NCBI GenBank assembly: GCA_016936615.1
Contig: JAFGXN010000141.1
Location: 6,053 to 70,052 of the forward strand
DNA from: Spirochaetales bacterium
Lineage (GTDB): Bacteria > Spirochaetota > Spirochaetia > JAFGXN01
Length of the DNA stretch: 64,000 bases
Direction: 5' to 3'
Below the pieces are notes generated by a model, which was not told the DNA's origin, made no database searches, and was given only the letters and a program-made list of their open reading frames with translations. Within the stretch, counting starts at the first letter, position 1. Every line of letters begins with the position of its first letter. A program made the translations under genes and the position numbers. Below are positions 49,337 through 59,411 of the stretch, in pieces.

Positions 49337-50112
49337 TTATTCCCCCAGATTATCCATGGAGCCTTTTTCGATTCAATCATCTCTGTAAGCATAATCTTAT
49401 CTCGTAGCGTATCCATTGGTTGCCAGAACCCGTTGTGTTTGAACGCTGCTAACTGGTTCTCCGCAGCAAGCCTCTCAAGTGGCTCCTTCTCAAATGTAGT
49501 AGCATCACCATCGATATAATCAAAAATCTCAGGTTCAAGAACAAAAAATCCCCCGTTAACCCAAGCCCCATCACCTTTAGGCTTCTCTTTGAAAGATTTA
49601 ACAAGACTATCTCCATCAATGTTTAGCGCTCCAAATCTTCCAGAAGGTTGCACTGCTGTCATTGTCGCAATCTTGCCACTTTCTTTGTGAAATTTAAGCA
49701 GAGCTTCAAGATCTACATCTCCGACCCCGTCGCCATATGTCATAAAAAAAGTCTCATTTCCTACATATTCTTTAATTCTCTTGATTCGCCCACCAGTCAT
49801 AGTATTCAAACCAGTATCAACGATAGAAATCTTCCAAGACTCAGCCTTACTGTCTCTGAACTCTATATTATTAGACTTCATATCAACAACTAAATCAGAA
49901 TTATGCATGTAGTAGTGATAAAAATACTCTTTTATAAAATAAGCCTTATAGCCAGCACAGATGATAAACTCATCATGTCCAAACTGAGTGTAATATTTCA
50001 TAATATGCCAAAGAACTGGCTTGTCTGCTATGTCGATCATAGGTTTTGGCTTCATCATCGACTCTTCAGAGATTCTCGTGCCAAACCCTCCAGCTAATAA
50101 TACTGTCTTCAT
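49333..50112 (-). CDS. rfbF: Glucose-1-phosphate cytidylyltransferase
   Basis: LAGGFGTRISEE, KPKPM, TMTGGRIKR, TYGDGV, FWQPMDTLRDK. Confidence 0.96.
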   Translation of the reverse strand: MKTVLLAGGFGTRISEESMMKPKPMIDIADKPVLWHIMKYYTQFGHDEFIICAGYKAYFIKEYFYHYYMHNSDLVVDMKSNNIEFRDSKAESWKISIVDTGLNTMTGGRIKRIKEYVGNETFFMTYGDGVGDVDLEALLKFHKESGKIATMTAVQPSGRFGALNIDGDSLVKSFKEKPKGDGAWVNGGFFVLEPEIFDYIDGDATTFEKEPLERLAAENQLAAFKHNGFWQPMDTLRDKIMLTEMIESKKAPWIIWGNK

Positions 50113-50127
50113 AAATTGCTCCTTGTC

Positions 50128-50982
50128 TTAGGAAAAAGTTCGCTGTTCAATCTTTGAACTCGCCCTAGTAATATTTAACTTAGCAGTTGTCAGAACTGCA
50201 CCAACAAAGCATGCAACATGAATAGCAGGAATGATTACATATCGCCAACGATTGTCTCGTAATCGAGAAGAAAGGTGTGGCAACCTATTTGTCTCAAAAA
50301 AATAGAACTGCTTTAAATAATTCTTAGCCCCAGCAGCCTTTATAATCGCAACAGAGACCTTATAATAGTTCTTCAAGCCTTGCCAATAACCATCTTTGTC
50401 TCCCTTCGTTGCACAAAAGAGATCATCAAAATAGTAATTGTAACACCTCTTTTCATTATCCATGAAATACATATTAAGCTTAATATCAAAAAGATATCCA
50501 TCAAACCCAGTAAAATCAATGCTTAGAAAATCCTTTTTATAAAAAACCTTCTCGCCACTCATGAATCTAGTACAATCTGTCCAACCATAAATTCGAGACA
50601 TCCTATCTCCAGCCCTATCAGAGAGGACAAGGTCATACCCCTCATCTACAACCTTAACAACCATCTTATCAATATGTCTATGCTGCAAGTTTCTCAAGTC
50701 TGCATCCAAGAGAACAACAACATCACCTTTTGCTAGATTAATTCCTTTTCGAACTGAACCAGATTTTCCAAGATTAACCTCATTTGTAACAACAGTTACA
50801 TTCGAGTATCTAGAAGCAACCTCCGCAGTCCTATCAGTCGAACAATTATCCATGACAATTATCTCACAAAATCCAGGATAATCATTTATTGCCTCTAAAA
50901 CATAAGGCAAAAATCTTTCTTCATTGTAAGCTGGTATAACGCAAGATACCGAATGCTTCCCCATTAATTCCTTCTTGATCAT
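50128..50982 (-). CDS. Glycosyltransferase family 2
   Basis: VIPAYNEE, DNCSTDRT, NLGK, LDAD; C-terminal hydrophobic segment. Confidence 0.9.
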   Translation of the reverse strand: MIKKELMGKHSVSCVIPAYNEERFLPYVLEAINDYPGFCEIIVMDNCSTDRTAEVASRYSNVTVVTNEVNLGKSGSVRKGINLAKGDVVVLLDADLRNLQHRHIDKMVVKVVDEGYDLVLSDRAGDRMSRIYGWTDCTRFMSGEKVFYKKDFLSIDFTGFDGYLFDIKLNMYFMDNEKRCYNYYFDDLFCATKGDKDGYWQGLKNYYKVSVAIIKAAGAKNYLKQFYFFETNRLPHLSSRLRDNRWRYVIIPAIHVACFVGAVLTTAKLNITRASSKIEQRTFS

Positions 50983-51292
50983 TGTAAATCTCCTATAAGT
51001 AAAATATAAATCAAGTTACTAATATTAAGTATCACAGAAAGAAAAAGCTTCCTCAAATTTTTGGATTATAATTTCTTCAAATAATAATTAATATTAGCCT
51101 AAAAATTACACAAATAATTTTATTTGTCCGTATATTTTTTAGTAAATATAATATCTATCATAAGAAAAGTCAAATGTCAAGAAAAATTTTCGGTTTTTAT
51201 AAATATTTATTTCGCAAATCGTTATACTATGAGAATTTTTAATCTAAGAGACCGGATAATTTAATGATTACAATAGAGGATAGAAAATGTGT

Positions 51293-51329
51293 AAAAAAAA
51301 GCTACCCACCAACAATGATGAATAGCTTT
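51293..51329 (-). terminator. Intrinsic terminator after nfnB
   Basis: Minus strand AAAGCTATTCATCA-TTGT-TGGTGGGTAGCTTT then T tract (14-bp stem with three G-U pairs). Confidence 0.8.
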
Positions 51330-51333
51330 CGAA

Positions 51334-52764
51334 TTATTTAGCTAGTCGCTTATTTATAGCAGCAGCAGCCTCTCTGCCCTGCCCCATCGCAAGGATGACA
51401 GTAGCTGCACCTGAGACAATGTCTCCACCAGCATAGATATTCTTAATAGAGGTTTCAAAGCTCTCATCAACCTCGATATTCCCCCACTTATTTGTTACAA
51501 GCTCCGAGGTTGTCTGCTTGATCAAAGGATTAGAGACATTACCAACTGCGATGATAACAGTATCCATCGGCATCGTAGAGTTCTCGCCAGGAATAAGCTC
51601 TGGACGTCTTCGCCCCTGCTCATCTGGCTCTCCCTCTTTGTAATGCGAGAGTACAACCTCACAAACTCGAGAATCAGCATCACCCTTAATCTCTTTTATA
51701 TTTCTAAGGAAATGAAAAACTATCTGCTCTTGCTTCGCATGATGAACCTCTTCGATTCGAGCAGGCATATCACTCTCATTTCTTCGATAAATTACATGAA
51801 CCTCTTGCGCACCTAGACGCTTAGCCATTCTCGCAGCATCCATAGCAACATTTCCACCACCAACAACCGCAACTCGCTTAGACTGGTAGATCGGAGTTTC
51901 AGCTTCACCTCGAGCATAGGCCTTCATCAGATTAGATCTTGTCAAATACTCATTCGCAGAGAATACCCCGACGAGATTTTCTCCTGGAATATTCAAGAAA
52001 TTAGGAAGCCCAGCACCAGTTCCAACAAAGACAGCATCAAAACCATCTTGATCGATCAAATCCTTTAACTTTCGTGTTCTACCAACAAGAAAATTCAATC
52101 GAATCTCAACCCCCATCTTTCTGAGAGTATTAATCTCCTCTTCTACAATTGCCTTCGGCAGTCTAAACTCGGGAATACCATAGACAAGAACCCCGCCTGG
52201 CTTGTGAAATGCCTCAAACATCACCACCTCGTGTCCTGCCTTTCGGCAATCCGCAGCAGCAGAGATACTTGCAGGACCTGTCCCAACGATTGCGACCTTT
52301 TTCCCTGTTGCCTTAGCTATATTTGGGATAGAAGAATTTCCTTGAGCCCTATCATAATCAGCAACAAAACGCTCAATCCTTCCGATACCAACAGATTTCT
52401 CAACATCTTTAAGCGATTTCCCAACAGTACAATACATCTGACACTGCTTCTCTTGCGGACAAACCCTACCACAAATTGCAGGAAGAAGACTTGACTCTCT
52501 TATAATCTCAATAGATTTTGCAAAGTCACCTACTTCGGCAGCCTTAACAAAACCAGGAATATCAATGCTCACAGGACAACCCTTCACACAAGGGGCATTT
52601 TTACAATCTAAACACCTGCTCGCTTCGGCCATAACCTGCTCTGCAGTGAAACCGCACGCAACCTCTTCCATATTTGTAATCCTAACAAGAGGATCCTGCT
52701 CCGGCATCATCTGTGGCGCAATCGCCAACCTTTCCTTCGTTGTCAAAGTTTTTACATCACTCAT
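51334..52764 (-). CDS. nfnB: NADH-dependent reduced ferredoxin:NADP+ oxidoreductase large subunit (NfnB/SudA; GltD-like)
   Basis: RCLDC...CVKGCP, CGRVCPQEKQC, GTGPA, YGIPEFRLPK, SANEYLTRSNLM, GGGNVAMD, GAATVILAMG. Confidence 0.88.
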   Translation of the reverse strand: MSDVKTLTTKERLAIAPQMMPEQDPLVRITNMEEVACGFTAEQVMAEASRCLDCKNAPCVKGCPVSIDIPGFVKAAEVGDFAKSIEIIRESSLLPAICGRVCPQEKQCQMYCTVGKSLKDVEKSVGIGRIERFVADYDRAQGNSSIPNIAKATGKKVAIVGTGPASISAAADCRKAGHEVVMFEAFHKPGGVLVYGIPEFRLPKAIVEEEINTLRKMGVEIRLNFLVGRTRKLKDLIDQDGFDAVFVGTGAGLPNFLNIPGENLVGVFSANEYLTRSNLMKAYARGEAETPIYQSKRVAVVGGGNVAMDAARMAKRLGAQEVHVIYRRNESDMPARIEEVHHAKQEQIVFHFLRNIKEIKGDADSRVCEVVLSHYKEGEPDEQGRRRPELIPGENSTMPMDTVIIAVGNVSNPLIKQTTSELVTNKWGNIEVDESFETSIKNIYAGGDIVSGAATVILAMGQGREAAAAINKRLAK

Positions 52765-52766
52765 AA

Positions 52767-53603
52767 TTAACCCCTTGTCAAACCTATTCTACACTTGTGA
52801 GTAGATTCCTGCTCATGCGAAGTATAAGCCCTATTTCGTGCCATTAAATTATCAAAATCAACCTTGTGTCCATCAAACTCTGGTCCATCGACGCATACAA
52901 ACTTAGTCTCACCACCAACACTAACTCGACAACCACCACACATCCCAGTTCCATCAACCATAATAGAGTTCAAAGAGACAACAGTATGAACACCAAAAGG
53001 TCTAGTAGTCTCAGCACAGAACTTCATCATAATCGGCGGTCCAATAACAACCACCATATCTGGTTTATCATTCTCACAAGCCTCTTTTAGTGGCTGAGTA
53101 ACAAGAGCTTTAATACCATATGAACCATCATCAGTGCAGACAATCACCTTATCAGAGTGGTTGGCAACCTTCTCTTCCATGATTAACAACTCTTTATTTC
53201 TAGCACCAATAATACTAGTAACCTCATTCCCAGCCGCCTTTAAAGCCTTAATAATTGGAAAAAGAGGCGCAACACCAATACCACCGCCAACACAGACAAC
53301 CTTACCAAATTTCTCAATATGTGTCGGAGTCCCTAATGGGCCAAGAACATTCTCAAGCTTATCTCCAACCTTTTTCTGTGCCAACTTCATCGTAGTAGTG
53401 CCCACAGCCTGGAACACAATAGTAATTGTCCCGTTTTCCTCATCAGAATCCGCAATAGTCAGAGGAATCCTCTCGCCAAAATCAGAATCAATCTGGATGA
53501 TCAAGAACTGCCCAGCCTTCCGTTCACGGCAAATATCCTTTGCCTCAAATGTCATCTCAAAGACATTTTCTGACAGCTGCTTTACATCAGTTATTTTATT
53601 CAT
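52767..53603 (-). CDS. nfnA: NfnA/SudB small subunit (FNR-like plus [2Fe-2S])
   Basis: GERIPLTIAD, GPLG, GGGIG, CTDDGSYG, GPPIMMK, MVDGTGMCGGCRV...CVDGPEF (Asp-ligated 2Fe-2S motif). Confidence 0.9.
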   Translation of the reverse strand: MNKITDVKQLSENVFEMTFEAKDICRERKAGQFLIIQIDSDFGERIPLTIADSDEENGTITIVFQAVGTTTMKLAQKKVGDKLENVLGPLGTPTHIEKFGKVVCVGGGIGVAPLFPIIKALKAAGNEVTSIIGARNKELLIMEEKVANHSDKVIVCTDDGSYGIKALVTQPLKEACENDKPDMVVVIGPPIMMKFCAETTRPFGVHTVVSLNSIMVDGTGMCGGCRVSVGGETKFVCVDGPEFDGHKVDFDNLMARNRAYTSHEQESTHKCRIGLTRG

Positions 53604-53620
53604 TTTTATATTCTCCTAAA

Positions 53621-55471
53621 TTATTTGTAAAAAATTATAAACTCATCATTTCCACTTTGCTGTGCATTCTTAAAGAAAAAAGTGGTTAGATTCTGATCAA
53701 AAAAGAACCCACTCGAATATTTTTCAAAAGACCTATCATTACTCCACACCGGATACCCTCTCATGCTTGTATGGCTATAACTACTTAGCCCTGAAACTGC
53801 AAAAAGATAAGTACTGCCAACATTTTTAGTAAACTTAGACTTAATAATAAGCCGATTTAAATTCTCTTCACGCCCATCTGCATGAGTATGAGCAACCTTA
53901 TCCGAGGATACCTCAAAGACTTTAGCTGCATGGAAAAACTTAATAACCTTCCCATCATGAGTAGTAAAACTCTGATAGTGAGGATAATTTTCTCCATTCT
54001 TAAAATAAAAGAAAAAATCCTCTGGCCCGATATACCTACTATTAGAATCAGCAAGACTAATTCTAAGAGCACCATCATTTCTAGCATACTTTGCAGCAGA
54101 AATAAATAAATTCTGCCCAATCTTAACCAGATTAGAAGTCCCCAACTCCTTACCGACAAGAATTAACGCCTTTGAAGCCTTAATACCAAGAACAGGACTA
54201 TAAACATCGTTGTAAGAGATTAAAAAACTATCATCGTACTGATAGATATTTGAAAGAACAGTATTAGAAAGAATTCTAAGTGTTTCAGAATACTGGTCAC
54301 ATTTAACTTCCTGATATTCACAATAATTTACAATATTTAAAATAATACCAACAGCAATCTCTGGATTAACAACAGAAGAGGATAAAATCTTTTTTACACC
54401 CATAGTGATCGAATTCAAAAATTTTACCTGTCCAAAGTAATCTAATTTTACTAAGAAATAAGGATCTTCAGCAAGAAAAGAGAAATCCTGAGAGTTTAAT
54501 AGAGCCTCTGACTTTGAAACCTTCTGAGAGATCTCATCTTTTTCATTTATAAAGCTATCACGAATATTCCCAAAAAACACAGAAGCTGGGAAATTCACAA
54601 AATTCTCTTTTATAGCAGCAGTCTTAACCTGAGGCAATGGATAAGAGAGGCTCTCATCTGCAAACTTCATGCTTGAGAACATTGTCGCAAGCTCTGCAGT
54701 GAAATCATAGCTTCCAGAATTTACATTTTTCCAACCACGACTCTCAGAATACCGACCCCGAGACAAAGAACTATAGACAAGACTCTCATATTTTTCATAT
54801 GCCTTCTTGTAATCCTCATCTGAAACAACACCATTAGTAATTAGAGTCAAGAAAAATTCCGAGTCAGCAGAAAAAACCTTCTGTTTTTTTATCGAAAACT
54901 TAGCCTTTCCATTACGCAAACTAACCCTCAACTTATCCTCATCAGAAAGAAAGACATCTCCAGGTTGCAAAAAGATAGTATAAGCCTCATTTTTTTGTGG
55001 AGAAAGAAGAACCTTAAGCCCCTTCTGACTCTTAAGCTTTGATCCATCCTGAGCAAAAAAAGGAAAAACAACAGCAGAAACATCAGAACTAGCCTCTATA
55101 TAGACATCTGTAACCTCGTTCGAGACTGATTTGAAGACAAACTTAGTATTATCATCAAACAAAACTGAAACCTGCCCCTTTGCCTCTTCAGAATCTGAAA
55201 GACCTTGAATCTCAGCCTTGACAGGGGAAGCAGACTCTATCACAAGAGGATTATCATTATTAAAAGCAAAAGAAAAGCCCTTGTTAGTCAACGATAGTGT
55301 TTTTAGCTTTTTACCACTACCGTAATATGTCCCGCTTACTGAAATATCTTTTATCTCTTTTGAGTAGACCTCATAGTCCTGTCCTGAAAAATATAAAGAC
55401 ACGAACAAAGAGATAAAACCGATATGAATTAAAGGAATAAAGTAAAACCAAATTTTAATCTTAGTTTTCAT
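53621..55471 (-). CDS. Hypothetical membrane-anchored (probably periplasmic) protein
   Basis: 616 aa; single N-terminal TM helix; SD GGAG; no motif recognised. Confidence 0.7.
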   Translation of the reverse strand: MKTKIKIWFYFIPLIHIGFISLFVSLYFSGQDYEVYSKEIKDISVSGTYYGSGKKLKTLSLTNKGFSFAFNNDNPLVIESASPVKAEIQGLSDSEEAKGQVSVLFDDNTKFVFKSVSNEVTDVYIEASSDVSAVVFPFFAQDGSKLKSQKGLKVLLSPQKNEAYTIFLQPGDVFLSDEDKLRVSLRNGKAKFSIKKQKVFSADSEFFLTLITNGVVSDEDYKKAYEKYESLVYSSLSRGRYSESRGWKNVNSGSYDFTAELATMFSSMKFADESLSYPLPQVKTAAIKENFVNFPASVFFGNIRDSFINEKDEISQKVSKSEALLNSQDFSFLAEDPYFLVKLDYFGQVKFLNSITMGVKKILSSSVVNPEIAVGIILNIVNYCEYQEVKCDQYSETLRILSNTVLSNIYQYDDSFLISYNDVYSPVLGIKASKALILVGKELGTSNLVKIGQNLFISAAKYARNDGALRISLADSNSRYIGPEDFFFYFKNGENYPHYQSFTTHDGKVIKFFHAAKVFEVSSDKVAHTHADGREENLNRLIIKSKFTKNVGSTYLFAVSGLSSYSHTSMRGYPVWSNDRSFEKYSSGFFFDQNLTTFFFKNAQQSGNDEFIIFYK

Positions 55472-55583
55472 TAATATGCTCCAAGTTTTTTATCTATTTT
55501 ATCAAGCGATATGCAAATATGCAACCTTGCTTAAATTTAAATCTAAAGATATATTATAAAAATAAAGTTTTTTGGAGAAATAA

Positions 55584-56783
55584 ATGACAATAACTCACGA
55601 ATCAGATACCGAGACAAGAATAGAGCTTAAAGATGGAAGAAAAATCATCCTTATTGGAACAGCGCATATCTCAGAAGAGAGTGTTACAGAAGTAAGAGAA
55701 AAGATTGCTAGCGAAAAACCAGACCGAGTTTGCATCGAATTAGATGAGGCTAGATATAAATCAATAACCGAGGGAAAGAAGTGGAGCGACATGAATATAG
55801 CAAAGGTGCTAAAGGAGAGAAAGGGGTTCCTCCTTCTCACCAACCTTGTTCTAAGTTCATTCCAAAAAAAGCTAGGCCTTGACCTTGGAACAAAACCTGG
55901 CGATGAGATGCTTGCTGCGATAACAACCTGCAAAGAGCTAGAAATCCCCTTCGATCTTGCCGACCGTGATATAACAATCACACTAAAGAGAGCTTGGGCA
56001 AAATCCAATTTCTGGAATAAAAACAAACTGCTTTCAGCACTTTTTGCCTCAGCATTTACTAAAGAGAAACTTTCCGAAGAAGATATCGAAGAATTAAAGA
56101 AGAAAAACGCACTCTCAAACATGATGGAAGAACTTGCTAAAGAGCTACCATCTGTGAAAGAGGTTCTAATCGATGAAAGAGATAGATTCCTTGCGTCAAA
56201 GATTTATGATGCACAAGGCAAGACAATCATGGCAGTAATCGGCGCAGGACATGCCCCTGGAATATGTGAACATCTTGAAAAACTTTCAGAAGAAGATTCA
56301 AGCTCAGATATCTCTGATATAAATTTTATACCTAAGACAGGCTTTGTAAGAAAAGCAATGCCATGGCTAGTCTCGACACTTGTTGTAGGGCTCTTCGCGT
56401 ACATGGGAATTGCTCGAGGTGTAGATCAGATGCTAGAGAACATGGCTTGGTGGGCAATCTTCCAAGCAGGATTCAGCTTTATCGGAGCAAGCCTAGCACT
56501 AGCACATCCGCTCTCAATCCTAGCTGGAACCCTCTCCGCTCCGTTTGTCTCCCTCGTACCAATAATAGGCGCAGGCCTTGTTGCCGGACTTGTCGAATCC
56601 GCAGTGCGCAAGCCAAATGTCGGAGATTTCGAAAGATTACCAAACGACGCTCTTACATTCAGAGGGTTTTATAAGAATAAAGTAACAAGAATACTCTTGG
56701 TATTTTTCTACACAAATTTCGCAAGCATCATTGCGAAGTTTATACTCTTTAAATTCCTGATCGATTTACTACCTAAGATTTAG
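55584..56783 (+). CDS. TraB/GumN (PrgY-like) family protein with C-terminal membrane domain
   Basis: IGTAHIS, VCIELD..R, PGDEM, ADRDI, LIDERD, VIGAGH; AHPLSI TM region. Confidence 0.92.
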   Translation: MTITHESDTETRIELKDGRKIILIGTAHISEESVTEVREKIASEKPDRVCIELDEARYKSITEGKKWSDMNIAKVLKERKGFLLLTNLVLSSFQKKLGLDLGTKPGDEMLAAITTCKELEIPFDLADRDITITLKRAWAKSNFWNKNKLLSALFASAFTKEKLSEEDIEELKKKNALSNMMEELAKELPSVKEVLIDERDRFLASKIYDAQGKTIMAVIGAGHAPGICEHLEKLSEEDSSSDISDINFIPKTGFVRKAMPWLVSTLVVGLFAYMGIARGVDQMLENMAWWAIFQAGFSFIGASLALAHPLSILAGTLSAPFVSLVPIIGAGLVAGLVESAVRKPNVGDFERLPNDALTFRGFYKNKVTRILLVFFYTNFASIIAKFILFKFLIDLLPKI

Positions 56784-58137
56784 TATTAAAGATCTTCGCA
56801 ATAGATTCTTTTATATTTTTTAAGGGAAAAATCTTAATCTTATCAGAGGCTGCTAATTTCTGGTTATCCTGCTGAGCTGCAAAGACAGTTTGGAATCCAG
56901 ACTCACTAGCAGCCTTTAATCTTTTCTGCAGAAAAGGAATAGGCATAATCTCTCCAGCAAGAGAGACCTCACCGAGGAACGCAGTAAAAGAGGGCAAAGG
57001 CACCCCAGTACGAGCAGAATACAAGGCAACCGCGATAGCCAAATCCGACGCAAACTCATTCACCCGCAATCCACCTGCAACCTTAACATAGATATCTTGC
57101 GATGAAAAACAGACCCCAAGCTGCTTCTCCAACACCGCAGCAATACGTGAAATCCGCTTCGAATCGATCTTATCAGAGAAAGTCCGCGACAACGAACTTT
57201 GCGCCGAGACCGTGAGAGCCTGAATCTCGATAGCAAATGCCCGAGACCCCTCCACCACCAAAGTCTGCGCGCACCCGGCTGGCAACTCTCCCTCGCGGCG
57301 ATGAAGAAACAGCGCCGATGGGTTCTCAATCGGCAAGAGCCCTTTCTCACTCATGCGAAACAACCCAATCTCATCAATCGAACCAAACCGATTCTTGACA
57401 GCGCGCAATACCCGGATATCGTTATCAGCCTGCTCAAAATATATTACCGTATCCACCATATGCTCAGCTGTCTTTGGCCCAGCAATCACACCCTCTTTTG
57501 TTACATGTGCAGTAAAGAAAACCGAAGCCTTCACAGAAGATGCAACATTAAGCACCTCGTACGTGGCAAACTTAATCTGATTAGGCGAGCCAGGAATTAC
57601 CCCAGCATCACGAGTGAGAACAGTCTGAACAGAATCCACAATAACAATCCTCGGCCTTAATCTCGAAATCTCTGCTGAAATCAAATCCATACTAGAAGTA
57701 GCGAGAATTGAAAGATTTTTGCCACTAATACCCAGCCGATTAGCCCTAGCCTTAATCTGATTTGCAGACTCCTCACCAGAAACATAGAGAACAGAATGAT
57801 TTAACCCATACAGAGAAGCAACCTGCAACATCAACGTAGACTTACCTATACCAGGTTCGCCCCCAATAAGAATCCCAGACTCCTCAACAAGACCACCTCC
57901 GAGAACCCGGTCAAACTCCGACAGCGAAGTCTCAAGCCTCGCCCCCTCGCCGACCGAAATATCATCAAGAAGCCTTGACTTCTCCTCATCTCCAAGACCA
58001 GAGAGAACAAGCTTTTTCTGCTCTGGAAGAACCTCAACAAAACTATTCCACGAAGAACAATTTGGACATCGACCAATCCATTTTGGCTCTGTATGAGAAC
58101 ACTCAGAACACTGAAAAACACTCTTATTCTTTGCCAT
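56773..58137 (-). CDS. radA: DNA repair protein RadA/Sms
   Basis: CSEC...CPNC Zn finger, GEPGIGKST, HVTKEG, KNRFG, Lon-like C-terminus; start set at ATG 58137 after SD GAGGTG. Confidence 0.96.
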   Translation of the reverse strand: MAKNKSVFQCSECSHTEPKWIGRCPNCSSWNSFVEVLPEQKKLVLSGLGDEEKSRLLDDISVGEGARLETSLSEFDRVLGGGLVEESGILIGGEPGIGKSTLMLQVASLYGLNHSVLYVSGEESANQIKARANRLGISGKNLSILATSSMDLISAEISRLRPRIVIVDSVQTVLTRDAGVIPGSPNQIKFATYEVLNVASSVKASVFFTAHVTKEGVIAGPKTAEHMVDTVIYFEQADNDIRVLRAVKNRFGSIDEIGLFRMSEKGLLPIENPSALFLHRREGELPAGCAQTLVVEGSRAFAIEIQALTVSAQSSLSRTFSDKIDSKRISRIAAVLEKQLGVCFSSQDIYVKVAGGLRVNEFASDLAIAVALYSARTGVPLPSFTAFLGEVSLAGEIMPIPFLQKRLKAASESGFQTVFAAQQDNQKLAASDKIKIFPLKNIKESIAKIFNTKS

Positions 58138-58150
58138 AATCACCTCAAAT

Positions 58151-58179
58151 TTGCAAATTTTATAAATAGATATTATATT
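58151..58179 (+). promoter_or_regulatory. Sigma70 promoter, (near-)leaderless geometry
   Basis: TTGCAA-17-TATATT-8 nt-ATG. Confidence 0.5.
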
Positions 58180-58187
58180 CTTTATAT

Positions 58188-59411
58188 ATGAAAAAAAAGT
58201 TATTGATTACATTTATTATTGTTATAAATATTATTTCATTCAGCTGTGTGACAATTCTAAATTTCCACAAACATTCCTTAATTCTATATGCAGTATACAC
58301 AATAATAGTGATAATCACACTCATTCTATCATCCATTTTTATAAAAAAATTCCAAAATATAGAAGCAGTACTAAAACGCTGCCCCGGAGCCCTCTACATC
58401 CTCGATGCAAACAATATTGAGAAAGTCGAATTCATCAGCAACTCCGTGATGGAATTATCTGGTCATGACTCAACTTTTTTTCATAAAAAAAACTCAAACT
58501 TCACCAATCTATTCTCTCAACCTGAGAGAGATGACATCGATAGAAAAATCCTCTCCTCAATCGCCAACCACGATGAATTCTTCTGCATTTCGGCACAAGG
58601 GTTAAAAAAAGATGGCTCAACCTTCGCGCTCGAGAATGTAGGACATATTGTAAAACTCAAAAATGGAAAGACCAAGATAATCGGAATCCTCGAAGATGCA
58701 AGCGAAAAGATAAACTACACCGAAGAGATAGAACGACAGATCAAAGAGAAGGACATCCTGCTCAAAGAGATCCACCACAGGGTCAAGAACAACCTCGCAA
58801 TGATATCAAGCCTGATAAATCTTCAAATTGAGACAGTAAAGACTAAGTCGGCAAAAGAGGCTCTCGATACATTTCGTAGTAGGGTAACATCGATACTGCT
58901 TGTTCATCAAAAACTCTACAAAGAGAGAGGAGCAACAGCTGTCAACACCGAGGAGTACTTCACAGACCTCGCAGACAACCTAATCTATTCGCTAAGCCCA
59001 GACAGAAAGATTAAGTTTTTTTCTGAGATAGAAAAAAAAATCAAGCTAGACATAGACAGGGCTATCCCTCTCGGAATGATAGCATCTGAAATTCTGACAA
59101 ACTCACTAAAACACGCCTTTGACGAGGACAAAAAAGGGATAATCAAGCTTAACTTTTGCAAAAGTTCTGAGAACTTCACATTAAAGATCTCCGACAATGG
59201 CAAAGGGTTCCCAGAAGACCTTCACACAAGCAAGAACGACTCATTAGGTCTTCAGTTAATAGAGATCCTCTCTAACCAGCTCAACGGCTCCGTCTCTTTT
59301 TCCCACTCCGATGGATGGAATCTTGTCGAACTCTGCTTCCCTGTCTTTGTTGAGGATGCGAATTTTCACCTAGAAGAGTCCCAGCCAAGTCCATACGGCC
59401 AGCATGTTTGA
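58188..59411 (+). CDS. Membrane PAS sensor histidine kinase, HisKA_2 type
   Basis: 2 TM helices, PAS, KEIHHRVKNNL, EILTNSLKHAF, DNGKG, SLGL. Confidence 0.92.
   Translation: MKKKLLITFIIVINIISFSCVTILNFHKHSLILYAVYTIIVIITLILSSIFIKKFQNIEAVLKRCPGALYILDANNIEKVEFISNSVMELSGHDSTFFHKKNSNFTNLFSQPERDDIDRKILSSIANHDEFFCISAQGLKKDGSTFALENVGHIVKLKNGKTKIIGILEDASEKINYTEEIERQIKEKDILLKEIHHRVKNNLAMISSLINLQIETVKTKSAKEALDTFRSRVTSILLVHQKLYKERGATAVNTEEYFTDLADNLIYSLSPDRKIKFFSEIEKKIKLDIDRAIPLGMIASEILTNSLKHAFDEDKKGIIKLNFCKSSENFTLKISDNGKGFPEDLHTSKNDSLGLQLIEILSNQLNGSVSFSHSDGWNLVELCFPVFVEDANFHLEESQPSPYGQHV

Noticed and set aside
50983-51292. Long AT-rich intergenic region as an ncRNA or small gene
   Set aside because: No stable structure, convincing ORF or repeat recognised; probably the promoter region of the CDP-sugar operon
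51334-52764. Glutamate synthase small subunit (gltD)
   Set aside because: No gltB large subunit; paired with an NfnA/SudB-type gene, so NfnB fits better
55584-56783. Conjugative element suggested by the TraB name
   Set aside because: TraB/GumN (PrgY-like) is a widespread chromosomal family; no relaxase, T4SS or integrase nearby
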